Part shown: positions 26,869-37,045 of the stretch, one piece after another
How the letters are laid out: every line of letters starts with the position of its first letter
How positions within the stretch are numbered: position 1 is the stretch's first letter
Assembly (NCBI GenBank): GCA_964512235.1
Contig: CAZEGD010000001.1
Span: forward strand, 106,874 to 170,873
Reading direction: 5' to 3'
Length of the DNA: 64,000 nucleotides
Source: an uncultured archaeon
Lineage (GTDB): Archaea; Aenigmatarchaeota; Aenigmatarchaeia; CG10238-14; SCSR01
Translations under genes and position numbers: made by a program
The notes under the pieces: generated by a model
Seen by the model: only the letters and a program-made list of their open reading frames with translations
Databases searched by the model: none
Told to the model about the DNA's origin: nothing

Positions 26869-27684
26869 TTAATGTTTATGAAAGATGAATTCTCTTAATG
26901 GTTCTGTCCAATACCTCAGATAAGTTCTATAATTGTCTACTGCTTTTCTATCCAATAATCCATTTATTACATAATCTGGGTGACTGGTACATTTGAGGTT
27001 TCGATTTAAAATGTACTCTATAACTTGATTAGACATGTTTGTTGTTCTCTTGGCATGAATCCCAAAAAATCTGAAATTTGCTCCACCATTGAAAGTGGTG
27101 ATCCAGTCCATACCAACAAGCGTATGCTTGCAGAACACACTATCAACAAACGGACCTGGTACATCTCCGCCCCCTCTACCGTCATTGAATATGTCCCTTT
27201 GAAATGTAGCTGTTCTACAAGAACGTTCGAAAGCGCTTCTGATACAAGGACATACGACTTTTATGTTCATAATAGAATCTTTCTTTCTTTCAGTTGTTTC
27301 GTCTTCACCCACAAGGTTGTTTATCGATACTTGGTTGTAATTTTCTTTTTCCCATGTTTTCTTGCCTAGCGACCTTACAAATACCACTGCTTCTATATTT
27401 GAGTAACAAGACTTGTCTTCATCAACTAGCTCCACGCCTTCTGTGTTGGGAAGTCTGCGCAATTTCAAGTATCTCTTAATCCTTCTCTTCGAGATGTTGG
27501 GAAAATTTACATCATATAAACCGTATGAGAGGTTGAATAAAAGTGCAGAATTTACCCTGCTCATCAAGTCAACTGAAGCATAGCATCCATCGTATTTCTT
27601 CCACGCAAAAGACGAGTCTATCTCTTTCCTAGGCACGGACCTGCTATCAGTTGGCATTCTGTAAGAGAGTATGGGTTCTTCCAT
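26869..27684 (-). CDS. hypothetical 271-aa protein with a CxC...CxH (SWIM-like) cysteine/histidine pattern
   Basis: VVCPCIRS...SVFCKH. No family recognised. Confidence 0.5.
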   Translation of the reverse strand: MEEPILSYRMPTDSRSVPRKEIDSSFAWKKYDGCYASVDLMSRVNSALLFNLSYGLYDVNFPNISKRRIKRYLKLRRLPNTEGVELVDEDKSCYSNIEAVVFVRSLGKKTWEKENYNQVSINNLVGEDETTERKKDSIMNIKVVCPCIRSAFERSCRTATFQRDIFNDGRGGGDVPGPFVDSVFCKHTLVGMDWITTFNGGANFRFFGIHAKRTTNMSNQVIEYILNRNLKCTSHPDYVINGLLDRKAVDNYRTYLRYWTEPLREFIFHKH

Positions 27685-27755
27685 ACCTTTGAGATTAACA
27701 CTTAAACCTTAAAAATGTATTTTTACCACTCTTGGTTGCAAATTAGAAGATATGA

Positions 27756-28688
27756 TTACTCTAAGAATTCCACATCATCCACTATTCCGTCCGCATCTTT
27801 GTCTATTCCCCTGACTACGCGCGCTATGCCATTCTCTACTTTATTGCCTTTTTGCAACTCCCTCATCTTTTTGACAATCGAAAGTATTGCAGACCGTGTC
27901 CCTTTGAAGCGCTTGCCGGATATCACAAGTATGTATTTGTCCCCTTTTTTCGCAAATGGGTTCTTCATCTTCACGACAATACCGATTTCATCGCCCGCAT
28001 ACGTTGATTTACTCAGGCTTGAGACGATGTTAAAATCATGCTTAGTATCGAAATAAATTGGCAATCTCTTGTTCACTTTATCGATTATTATGTTCGCCTT
28101 CGGCCCACCTATGAGAATCAAATTGTTTGCAAGGTCTCTCTCGCGCACTTCCGTGTCTAGCTTATAGTTTGGTGAAGCCTTGTTGAGCAGACTGCCAAGG
28201 TACAATGCAAAATCAATTGCACCGTAGCCATCGGATGCCTGTGCGCTGTACTTCCCGTGCGGGTCTGGTGATCCGACAATTATTGTTGCATTCAGTTTGC
28301 CATTCTCTATGAACGGTTTGAAGAAATCAAGCTCCCTTGCCTTTGTCTTCACATCAGTCAGGTGGTCGCCATCGAAGAGTTTAACCGCTAAATACGGGTG
28401 AGCGACACCATAAATCTTTGCTGTCGCACCTACACGCTCTTCCTTTCTGAGCAGCTTAATCACGCCCGCTGACTCTAGCCTACGCAAATGATAGTATATC
28501 TTCTGCTCATGTTCCTTCAACCGCCTTGCTACGTCCATTGCACAGCTTGGTCGCTTAGAAAGCTCTTGCAAAATCTTTAGCGCAAGTTCGCTATTCAGTA
28601 CGTTCAGCTTTTTAGGCTTAAGTTGTAAAACACTGTAAGCCTTTTGCCCTTCGTCTGTCTCTTCTATGAAATACGGCATCGATTGCAC
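27756..28688 (-). CDS. ArsR/TrmB-like winged-helix regulator fused to an uncharacterised C-terminal alpha/beta domain
   Basis: 310 aa. The N-terminus ALKILQELSKRPSCAMDVARRLKEHEQKIYYHLRRLESAGVI is a classic ArsR-type wHTH. Confidence 0.65.
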   Translation of the reverse strand: MQSMPYFIEETDEGQKAYSVLQLKPKKLNVLNSELALKILQELSKRPSCAMDVARRLKEHEQKIYYHLRRLESAGVIKLLRKEERVGATAKIYGVAHPYLAVKLFDGDHLTDVKTKARELDFFKPFIENGKLNATIIVGSPDPHGKYSAQASDGYGAIDFALYLGSLLNKASPNYKLDTEVRERDLANNLILIGGPKANIIIDKVNKRLPIYFDTKHDFNIVSSLSKSTYAGDEIGIVVKMKNPFAKKGDKYILVISGKRFKGTRSAILSIVKKMRELQKGNKVENGIARVVRGIDKDADGIVDDVEFLE

Positions 28689-28851
28689 CTTCCCTATAAT
28701 CTAAATCTTACTATTATGAATATTCTTTTAGTAGTTTAACCTTTTAAAGCTTTCTTTTTACACATTTTTAAGCAGTACTAAACAAATCCTTTTAGAATTT
28801 TTTTAAGTCTCTTTAAAACGAATTTGAATGATAGATAATTGGTGAATTAAA

Positions 28852-28986
28852 ATGGTGCGTACAGAATGTCCTAAGTGCAGTTCAGAAAATCTAGAGCGTC
28901 TATCGGGCAGCTATCCAATAGCGTATGAATGCAAAGACTGCAAACATGTATTCGTCGAGGGCAAGAAGTCCCTAGTCGACGACTAG
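28852..28986 (+). CDS. possible 44-aa zinc-ribbon protein
   Basis: Hand-found ORF MVRTECPKCSSENLERLSGSYPIAYECKDCKHVFVEGKKSLVDD, immediately upstream of glmS. Confidence 0.35.
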   Translation: MVRTECPKCSSENLERLSGSYPIAYECKDCKHVFVEGKKSLVDD

Positions 28987-29018
28987 TACAATGGAAAAAA
29001 CGAGGCTTAGTGTCAAAA

Positions 29019-30797
29019 ATGTGCGGAATATGCGGTTACATCGGTGATAAAACAGCTGCACCTGTACTTTTCCAAGCTTTAAAGAGATTGGAATATAGAG
29101 GATATGATTCTGCGGGTATGGCAACGATTTCTGACGGCAAGATAAGTATGAAGAAAGATGTTGGCAAAGTGGATGAAATAAATTCCAAGATAAACCTGAA
29201 TAGCATGGCAGGCGACATGGGAATAGCTCACACTAGATGGGCGACACATGGCAGTGTAACAAAGGACAATACCCATCCGCACGTGTCCAACAACAAAAAG
29301 ATTGTAGTCGTGCATAATGGCATCATAGAAAATTATCAAGAATTGAAGACATTCTTAAAATCGAAAGGTTTCAGCTTCTACAGCGATACTGACACGGAAG
29401 TCATACCGAACCTTGTAGAATTTGAAATGAGGAGTGGAAAGGACTTTGAGGATGCGGTCATTGCAACATTGAGAAGGCTTGAAGGGTATTATGCTATTTT
29501 AGCGATGAATGAAGATGAGAAAAAAATAATTGGAGCGAGAAGGGGTTCGCCTCTGGTCGTTGGCATAGGCAATGGATGCAAGTTTGCCGCCAGTGATATT
29601 CCGGCTTTTATAGAATATACAAAAAAGGTGATGTACCTCTATGACGATGACGTCATTATACTTGATTCGCTGGATAATTCTGTTAAAGTCTTCAGTATGG
29701 TTGATGATAAATTTGTACATAGGCACATAGACTCTATCGAATGGGATTTGGAGCAGGCAATGAAGGGAGACTTCAACCATTTCATGCTCAAAGAGATATC
29801 TGAGCAGGTCGATACTGTGAAGGGGGCCATGTTTCAGAGCAAAGGCATTCTGGATAAGGTCACAAGTGAGATAAAAAAGGCTAAAGGCGTTTTCTTTGTA
29901 GGTTGCGGGACTGCCTATCACGCATGCCTAGCAGGCAGCTACATCTTCTCAAAAATCGCGAATATGCATATCAATGTAGTCCTAGCATCAGAATTCCCGA
30001 ACTATGAGCACTTCCTCACAAAGGACACTCTAGTAATTGCAGTTTCGCAAAGCGGCGAAACTATAGACACCATAGATGCAGTCAGGGCAGCAAAGGCAAA
30101 GGGCAGCAAAGTAATATCAATTGTAAATGTGATGGGCTCTTCATTGATGAGGCATTCCGACGATTCATTATTGACTCATGCAGGACCGGAGATATGCGTT
30201 GTCGCAACAAAGAGTTACACGTCGCAAGTTGCATTGTTGACATTGCTGGCTTATTCTATTGCTGGTGATCTAGACAAAATAAAAGATAAATTCAATTATC
30301 TCTGGAATGTGATTTACCATCTGACTTCAGCAACGACAAGGAATAAAATAAAGGAACTTGCTGAAAAGTTGAAGGACAGCGAGCATATTTTTGCAATAGG
30401 TCGTGGACTGCAGTATACTACGGCTTTGGAGGCTGTGCTAAAGATAAAAGAAGTCTCGTACATCCATGCAGAGGCTTTTGCCGGTGGCGAACTCAAGCAC
30501 GGTACGATGGCCCTCATAGAGAAAGGTACGCCATGCATAGTCTTTGTCTCAGAAGATAATGAAAAGGAGATTCTATCCAATGCAATGGAAATAAAGGCTA
30601 GGGGAGGCTACATAGTCGGTGTCTCACCCAAGAACAATGAAGTATTCGATTTCTGGATTAAAGTGCCAGAGGCAAACAACCTAAACCCACTTGTCCAAAT
30701 CATACCCATTCAGTTATTGGCATATCAACTAGCAATTTTACGTGGCTGTGATCCAGACAAACCAAGAAATCTAGCGAAGAGTGTGACGGTGAAATAA
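29019..30797 (+). CDS. glmS: glutamine--fructose-6-phosphate aminotransferase
   Basis: Start set at MCGICGYIG (catalytic Cys2). Two SIS domains and a C-terminal KSVTVK-type end. Confidence 0.95.
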   Translation: MCGICGYIGDKTAAPVLFQALKRLEYRGYDSAGMATISDGKISMKKDVGKVDEINSKINLNSMAGDMGIAHTRWATHGSVTKDNTHPHVSNNKKIVVVHNGIIENYQELKTFLKSKGFSFYSDTDTEVIPNLVEFEMRSGKDFEDAVIATLRRLEGYYAILAMNEDEKKIIGARRGSPLVVGIGNGCKFAASDIPAFIEYTKKVMYLYDDDVIILDSLDNSVKVFSMVDDKFVHRHIDSIEWDLEQAMKGDFNHFMLKEISEQVDTVKGAMFQSKGILDKVTSEIKKAKGVFFVGCGTAYHACLAGSYIFSKIANMHINVVLASEFPNYEHFLTKDTLVIAVSQSGETIDTIDAVRAAKAKGSKVISIVNVMGSSLMRHSDDSLLTHAGPEICVVATKSYTSQVALLTLLAYSIAGDLDKIKDKFNYLWNVIYHLTSATTRNKIKELAEKLKDSEHIFAIGRGLQYTTALEAVLKIKEVSYIHAEAFAGGELKHGTMALIEKGTPCIVFVSEDNEKEILSNAMEIKARGGYIVGVSPKNNEVFDFWIKVPEANNLNPLVQIIPIQLLAYQLAILRGCDPDKPRNLAKSVTVK

Positions 30798-32159
30798 ATG
30801 TTCAATCAAAACATCTTCAGATCTTACGACATACGCGGCGTATACAAGAAAGAATTTGATGAAGAATTTGCGGAGAATCTTGGCAGAGCATTTGCCACTT
30901 TTATTGGCAAAGATAAAGAAGTAGTAGTCGGCCATGATGTAAGACTCAGCTCTGATAGCCTAAGCAAAGCTTTGATCAGAGGTCTGGTGTCTGCCGGATG
31001 CGATGTAATTGATGTCGGCCTTGTGACTACGCCATTACTATACTTTTCCGTGGCACACTTGAATAAAGCGGGGGGTATAATGATTACTGCGAGTCATAAC
31101 CCCCCAGAGTTTAACGGTTTTAAGATGGTGGGGAAGATGGGCGAGCCTATAGCCGAAGGGTCTGGTATGGGTAAAATCAAAGACATTGTCGTGAATAGCA
31201 AATATACAAAACCAGTAAAGAATGGTAAAGTTGAGAGGTATGAAAAAATATTTGACGATTATGCAAGCTTCGTCTTGAGAAAGATAAAGGTGAAAAATAA
31301 GTTGAAAGTAGTTCTGGATACATGCAACAGCACAGCCGGCCTAATTGCACCCAGACTGTTTGAGCAAGCTGGCTGTGAAGTCATAACAATAAACAAAGAG
31401 TTGGATGGTAGCTTTCCGTCTAGACCACCAGAACCAAAGGTAGAGAATCTGCAGGCTCTGCAGGAAGCTGTAAAAGCGAGCAATGCTGACTTGGGTGTGG
31501 CCTATGATGGTGACGGTGATAGGGCAGTTTTTGTAGATGAGAATGGCAATGTAATCGATTCTGGCAGTTTAATAATAATGATGTTTGCTGAACATTATCT
31601 GAAGGGTAGGAAGCAAGCTAAAATTGTTTTTGATTTGAGTTGTTCTATTGCAGTGGAAGATATGATTAAAAATTTTGGCGGCATTCCGGTGATTACTGCT
31701 GTTGGGACGTCAAACATAAAGAAAAGTATGGCTGAGGAAAATGCAATATTTGGCGGTGAATCGAGCAATCATATGTACTTTGCGGATACGTTCAACTTCG
31801 ACGATGCAGTCTTTGCAAGCTTGAAAATGGCTGAAATAGTCTCTGAAGTTGGCAGTCTGTCAGAAAAGATCAAATCAATGCCACAGTATCCGTACATAGC
31901 CGAGTGGGAGTTCGAATGCCCGGATGATAAGAAGTTCGAAGTCATAAACAATATGAAGGATAAGTTTAGGCAATCTGGTAAAAAGTTATCAGACTTGGAT
32001 GGTGTAAAGCTGATGTGGAATGATGGTTGGGTTCTTTGGCGTGTATCCAACACTAGACCGCAAATAAAAGTCTATGCCGAAGCTAAAAACGATGAGAGGT
32101 TTGAAGAACTGAAAAATTTTGCAAGGGATGAACTGACAAATGCCATGGTGATGAAATGA
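30798..32159 (+). CDS. glmM: phosphoglucosamine/phosphomannomutase
   Basis: TASHNPPEFNGFK phosphoserine loop and the YDGDGDR metal site. Confidence 0.9.
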   Translation: MFNQNIFRSYDIRGVYKKEFDEEFAENLGRAFATFIGKDKEVVVGHDVRLSSDSLSKALIRGLVSAGCDVIDVGLVTTPLLYFSVAHLNKAGGIMITASHNPPEFNGFKMVGKMGEPIAEGSGMGKIKDIVVNSKYTKPVKNGKVERYEKIFDDYASFVLRKIKVKNKLKVVLDTCNSTAGLIAPRLFEQAGCEVITINKELDGSFPSRPPEPKVENLQALQEAVKASNADLGVAYDGDGDRAVFVDENGNVIDSGSLIIMMFAEHYLKGRKQAKIVFDLSCSIAVEDMIKNFGGIPVITAVGTSNIKKSMAEENAIFGGESSNHMYFADTFNFDDAVFASLKMAEIVSEVGSLSEKIKSMPQYPYIAEWEFECPDDKKFEVINNMKDKFRQSGKKLSDLDGVKLMWNDGWVLWRVSNTRPQIKVYAEAKNDERFEELKNFARDELTNAMVMK

Positions 32160-33436
32160 AAACTGTAATTCTTGCAGCAGGTGTTGGTAATCGAGTGAAG
32201 CCTCTATCCATCAATAAGTCGAAAGTGATGATCAAAATCATGGGAAAGCCATTGATGCAATATGTCATTGAGAATGTAGCTGCAGCAGGCTTCAAAGATA
32301 TGGTAGTTGTGATTGGACAAAATGATGAAGATATAAAATCATATTTCGGCGATGGGAGTAAGTTTGGCGTCAATATCCAATACGTGAATCAAAAAGAGGC
32401 ATTGGGTATGGCCAACGCTGTGACGACTGCTGAGCATTTGGTGGGTGACAGTTTTTTTGTAGTCAACGGGGGTGACATATTCGAGCCAAGTCTGCTTAAA
32501 GCGATGGTGAGTGAATTTGAGAGTAGCAAAGCTGACATAGTGCTCTCCTGCAAGCCAGTAAAAGAAACTTGGAAGTTTGGAATAATTGCCAAGAATGAAA
32601 ATGGAGACGTGACAAAGTTTGTAGAGAAGCCTGAAAAGGGGAAAGAGCCTAGCAATCTGGCAGTAATAGGCGTATACATACTCAACAAGAAGATTTTTGA
32701 TCATTATAAGAAGGTTGCAGTGTCTGACCAACAATATGAAGATGCAATCCAGTCGTTCATAGACGATGGTGGTAAAGTACGGGCGGTGAGCTACAACGGT
32801 TTCTTTGGCTCTTTCAAGTATCCATGGGACTTGCTCACACTCAACAAATATTTTATGGACAAGTTTTTAACAGAAAGAAAAATCTCAGATAGTGCAAGCA
32901 TATCCGACAAAGCTGTCATAGACGGTAACGTCTTCATTGGGGATAATGTAAGAGTCTTGGAGGGTGCTGTGATAAAGGGTCCTTGCTATATTGGTGCTGG
33001 GAGCTTAATAGGCACGAATGCTTGCGTACGCGACTATTCCAACATAGGGAATGGTTGCTTGATTGGAGTTTCAAGCGAAGTTACACGCAGCATAATCGGT
33101 GATGGTTGTTGGTTGCATACAAACTATATCGGTGACTCGGTTCTTTCAGATAACTGCAAATTCGGAGCCGGTACAAAGACTGCCAATTTGCGGTTTGACG
33201 AGAAGGATGTAAAGGTGAATGTAAAGGGCAAGGCATTAGATACGGGGATGAAAAAATTCGGAGTTATAGCTGCAGAGAATTGCAGGACAGGCATAAACTC
33301 TTCGTTAATGCCAGGTGTGAAGATGGGTCCAAACAGTATAGTTGGCGCTGGTGTGTGCCTGCAGGAAGACCTTGAACCTAACAAGATAATACTCCTTGAC
33401 AAGAGAAGCTATGTAATTAAAGAAAACAAAATCTAA
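32156..33436 (+). CDS. glmU: bifunctional sugar-1-phosphate nucleotidylyltransferase / acetyltransferase (archaeal GlmU-like)
   Basis: N-terminal ILAAGVGNR.KPLS nucleotidyltransferase fold. C-terminal left-handed beta-helix hexapeptide repeats. Confidence 0.85.
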   Translation: MKTVILAAGVGNRVKPLSINKSKVMIKIMGKPLMQYVIENVAAAGFKDMVVVIGQNDEDIKSYFGDGSKFGVNIQYVNQKEALGMANAVTTAEHLVGDSFFVVNGGDIFEPSLLKAMVSEFESSKADIVLSCKPVKETWKFGIIAKNENGDVTKFVEKPEKGKEPSNLAVIGVYILNKKIFDHYKKVAVSDQQYEDAIQSFIDDGGKVRAVSYNGFFGSFKYPWDLLTLNKYFMDKFLTERKISDSASISDKAVIDGNVFIGDNVRVLEGAVIKGPCYIGAGSLIGTNACVRDYSNIGNGCLIGVSSEVTRSIIGDGCWLHTNYIGDSVLSDNCKFGAGTKTANLRFDEKDVKVNVKGKALDTGMKKFGVIAAENCRTGINSSLMPGVKMGPNSIVGAGVCLQEDLEPNKIILLDKRSYVIKENKI

Positions 33437-33490
33437 TTAAGTAATATTTTAGTTTTGGGCTACAGTCCGCTGCATATGAAGAGGGTAAAA

Positions 33491-35134
33491 ATGGAGAAAT
33501 TGATTTTAATCGGTGGGGAGGCGGGACAAGGAACTTCTAGAACGTCAACTCTGCTTGGTAAAATTCTCAGCGGAATGGGTTACTATGTCTTCAACTATCG
33601 CGATTATCCGTCTCTCATAAGAGGAGGCCACAACTTTAATGTCTTAAAAATATCTGACAAGCCGGTTTATTCGCATGAAAATTCTTATGATGTCATTGTT
33701 GCCCTGGACCAGAAGACTATAGACAAGCATGAAAGGGGTTTAAACAAAGGTGGGTTTGTACTGGCTAGCAAAGAATTGAAGTCTAAGAGATTGGTTGGTG
33801 TAGACATAAAATCCATGCTCAAAAAGTTGGGAGTGCCTCCGATATTCGGCAACAACATCCTTCTCGGTGCACTCTTCAAGACATTAGGTTTGCCATTGCC
33901 GGATTTGCTAAAAAGTCTGAAAGAAGAATTTCCTAAGAAGGCTGATGCGATAGAAAAAGCCGTAAAGGAAGGCCACAGTGCAGTAAAAGAAAAGATGAAA
34001 TTATCAAAACCTAAGCAAGGCAAAAAATACTTTTTAACTGGAAATGAAGCTGTGAGCGCAGGTGCGATATCTGCTGGATTGGATATCTATTTAGGATATC
34101 CCATGACACCAGCTACGCCGGTGTTGCACTTTTTGGCATCCAAGCAGCTGAAGCATAACATCACTGTAGTCCAACCAGAGAATGAAATAGCTGTTGTCAA
34201 TGCTTCTCTTGGTGCAAACTATGCAGGAGCCATGTCAATGGTTGGTACTTCTGGTGGTGGCTTTGCGCTTATGGTGGAGGCTTTAAGTCTGCAAGGCATG
34301 TCCGAAGTTCCATTAGTTGTCTACTTGGCATCAAGACCTGCACCTAGCACTGGCGTGCCTACCTACACTGGCCAAGGCGATCTCAAGTTTGCTGTCAATG
34401 CCGGCCACGGAGAATTTCCGCGTGTAGTTGTCGCACCCGGGGATGCAAAGGAGTCTTTCTACAGAACAATGGAAGCCCTCTATCTAGCTTACAAGTATAG
34501 AGTGCTGTCAATAATACTTGCCGATAAACATCTAGGCGAAAGCAATTACACTTTTGATAGTTTTGATGCTCCGTCTGTTAAACCTGAAAGATCCATAATC
34601 AAACCGTCAGCCAATTACAAGAGCTATGCGATTACGAATACTGGTGTCTCTCCACGTGCAGTCCCAGGTGAAGGCCCTTTTGTTCTTGCCAGCAGCTACG
34701 AGCATGATGATTATGGACATACTATAGAGGGTCCGGAATGGACTGTAAAGATGAATGATAAGAGACTGAAAAAGAAGAAGTACCTTGGACAGGAAGTCAG
34801 CAAGCTCCAGCCAATCTCTGTGTATGGAAATGGCAAAAATCTAATTGTAAGCTGGGGTTCGACAAAGGGGGCTATAATCGATGCTCTAAACGAGCTAAAA
34901 GACTTCAGATTTATGCAGATTTCATACATAGTGCCATTCCCTGCTGCAAAAGTGAAAAAGGAAATCGAAAAATCTAAAGATGTAGTACTTGTGGAAAATA
35001 ATGCAACCGGCCTACTCGGCCAGATAATAACAGAACAGACTGGTCATTTCATCGATAAGAAACTGCTAAAGTATGATGCTAGACCTTTTACATGCAGAGA
35101 TGTCGTTGATGGGATAAAGAGAGTGGTCAAATGA
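33491..35134 (+). CDS. 2-oxoacid:ferredoxin oxidoreductase, fused gamma-alpha subunit
   Basis: GGEAGQG gamma-type N-terminus, then the alpha domain (GNEA...GYPMTPAT). ATG preceded by GAGGGT. Confidence 0.85.
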   Translation: MEKLILIGGEAGQGTSRTSTLLGKILSGMGYYVFNYRDYPSLIRGGHNFNVLKISDKPVYSHENSYDVIVALDQKTIDKHERGLNKGGFVLASKELKSKRLVGVDIKSMLKKLGVPPIFGNNILLGALFKTLGLPLPDLLKSLKEEFPKKADAIEKAVKEGHSAVKEKMKLSKPKQGKKYFLTGNEAVSAGAISAGLDIYLGYPMTPATPVLHFLASKQLKHNITVVQPENEIAVVNASLGANYAGAMSMVGTSGGGFALMVEALSLQGMSEVPLVVYLASRPAPSTGVPTYTGQGDLKFAVNAGHGEFPRVVVAPGDAKESFYRTMEALYLAYKYRVLSIILADKHLGESNYTFDSFDAPSVKPERSIIKPSANYKSYAITNTGVSPRAVPGEGPFVLASSYEHDDYGHTIEGPEWTVKMNDKRLKKKKYLGQEVSKLQPISVYGNGKNLIVSWGSTKGAIIDALNELKDFRFMQISYIVPFPAAKVKKEIEKSKDVVLVENNATGLLGQIITEQTGHFIDKKLLKYDARPFTCRDVVDGIKRVVK

Positions 35135-36015
35135 AGATACAAGAACTTAATACAAAGGAAGAAATGACATGGTGTCCGGGCTGCCCGAATAATGGAATCC
35201 TGTCAGCTGTAAAGCAGGCAATAGTGGATTTAGTCGATAAAGGTAGCATAGAGCTGAAGGATGTAGTCGATGTCACTGGCATAGGCTGCCATGCAAAGAT
35301 TTATGATTACTTGAATGTCAATGGCTTTTATTCAATCCATGGCAGAGTCATACCAACGGCGTGGGGTATAAAACTCGCCAACCCGCAGCTTACTGTCATA
35401 GGGTTTGGCGGTGATGGTGATACGTATGCAGAAGGTATAGGCCATTTTGTGCATGCATGCCGCTATAATGCCAATGTCACAATGATAGTGCATAATAATC
35501 AAGTATTTGCTTTAACAACCGGTCAGGCAACACCAACTACAGAAAAGGGGTTCAAGGGGAAGTCAACACCATTGGGTGTGGGAGAAAAGCCGCTAAACCC
35601 GATTGCCTTGGCATTAATCAATAACGCAACCTTTGTAGCAAGGGGATTTGCCCTGGATGTAAAGCATCTTACAAATCTCATAGAGCAAGCAATAGAGCAT
35701 AAGGGATTTGGATTCATAGATGTCTTACAGCCTTGCTTGATATACCACGATCATAAGACAGTCTCTTACTTCAAGCAGCATACGTACAAGCTAGAGGAAA
35801 ATAATCATGATGCGAATAGCTATGAAGATGCGTTGAAAAAGTCTTTGGAATGGGATTATTGCATTGATGGTAAAACGAAGATTCCCATTGGTGTCTTCTA
35901 CAAAATCGAAAGACCAACTTATGAAGAGCAGTGGAAATTAAAGAAGCCGTTGCATATAGTTGAAAGAAAGGTGGATTGGAAGAAAATCATAAGTGAGTTT
36001 AAGTTGAATGAATAG
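35131..36015 (+). CDS. 2-oxoacid:ferredoxin oxidoreductase, beta (TPP-binding) subunit
   Basis: WCPGCPN, TGIGCH, GGDGDTYAEG. Confidence 0.9.
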   Translation: MKIQELNTKEEMTWCPGCPNNGILSAVKQAIVDLVDKGSIELKDVVDVTGIGCHAKIYDYLNVNGFYSIHGRVIPTAWGIKLANPQLTVIGFGGDGDTYAEGIGHFVHACRYNANVTMIVHNNQVFALTTGQATPTTEKGFKGKSTPLGVGEKPLNPIALALINNATFVARGFALDVKHLTNLIEQAIEHKGFGFIDVLQPCLIYHDHKTVSYFKQHTYKLEENNHDANSYEDALKKSLEWDYCIDGKTKIPIGVFYKIERPTYEEQWKLKKPLHIVERKVDWKKIISEFKLNE

Positions 36016-36445
36016 ACTTATTCAAATATCAGCAGTTAGGAATTTTCTGTCGAAGAAATTAGAAGAATTGGCAACGGCCAATTAGACGAAAGATATCGAC
36101 ACCATTTTTCAAGAAGATTAAGAAAGCTTTAGAGAAGAGAGAAATTTAGTCATATTCCCTCATACATCCACCTCTTTGATTTTTTCTTTTTTCTTTTTGC
36201 AATTTCATCAAGTGCTTTCAAAATACCAACTTTTTTTCTGGCAGCTTTTCTCATATGCTTAGATATTGTCATAAATCATATTTTACTAAGAAACTTAAAA
36301 AACTTTCTCAAATCACCGATTTTGGGCAAACAAGCACTATAGAGTTTTTACTTACTTAGCAAAAATTAGCGTTCAATCCAGCTCATTCGGCAAACATTAT
36401 TTCACAGAAGCGAAGTTTTAAGAAAATTAAAAAGTAGTTCTAATT

Positions 36446-37045
36446 ATGAAAATTTGGAAAAAGACTGCTTCTATTTTTAGAAGAAGAGAGCAGATTGTAT
36501 GGACTAAAAAACCCGATGAGACAGAAGAACATTTCTTTGAAAGATGTTTTTGGGGGAAAAAACCAGAAAAACCAGTGTATGAATATTATCCAATTAAAAT
36601 AATTGACCCGAAAACAAAAAAGCCAGTGTATTTTAGCATGATGTATAAAGAAGAAACTAGGGAATATTCAGTTCCAGTAAGAAAATTAAATCCAACATTG
36701 GTTTTGAGGGATGAGTCTGGCAAAACCGAGAAAGTTAAATGGAATAAAATTAAAAAGAAACTTGATAAGGAACAAAGAATAAGATTAGAAGAAAGACTTA
36801 AGTTTGAACATGAGAAAGATGAAAAACACTCAGTTGTAACATTCAAATATTGGGATAATGTAAAAGAATGGTTTGATAAAAAAAGTCAAAAAACTATTGA
36901 AAAAAGTCTTGGAATAAAAATATCAAATAAAGTTAAAAGAACAATAAAACGATTTGGCCATTTTGTGGGTTCAAATCCCACCTCCCGCACAAATTATAAT
37001 AACCTCAACCAAACAGGATTTTATGGCTTCATTAAACCAATTTGA
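36446..37045 (+). CDS. hypothetical K-rich 199-aa protein in an AT-rich island
   Basis: ORF only. The composition is atypical, and the 3' end contains a tRNA 3'-half-like sequence. Confidence 0.35.
   Translation: MKIWKKTASIFRRREQIVWTKKPDETEEHFFERCFWGKKPEKPVYEYYPIKIIDPKTKKPVYFSMMYKEETREYSVPVRKLNPTLVLRDESGKTEKVKWNKIKKKLDKEQRIRLEERLKFEHEKDEKHSVVTFKYWDNVKEWFDKKSQKTIEKSLGIKISNKVKRTIKRFGHFVGSNPTSRTNYNNLNQTGFYGFIKPI
36965..36989 (+). other. orphan tRNA 3'-end-like fragment (T-arm plus acceptor 3' strand)
   Basis: GTGGG-TTCAAAT-CCCAC-CTCCCGC-A. No matching 5' half (GCGGGAG...) is present in the window. Confidence 0.45.

Noticed and set aside
28929-29018. Upstream extension of glmS offered by the ORF track
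   Set aside because: GlmS requires Cys as residue 2 after Met removal, and MCGICGYIG starts at 29019. The extension also overlaps the small zinc-ribbon ORF.
36150-36272. 40-aa K-rich minus-strand ORF (MTISKHMRKAARKKVGILKALDEIAKRKKKKSKRWMYEGI)
   Set aside because: It is too short and too low in complexity to call. It is mentioned only as part of the AT-rich island.
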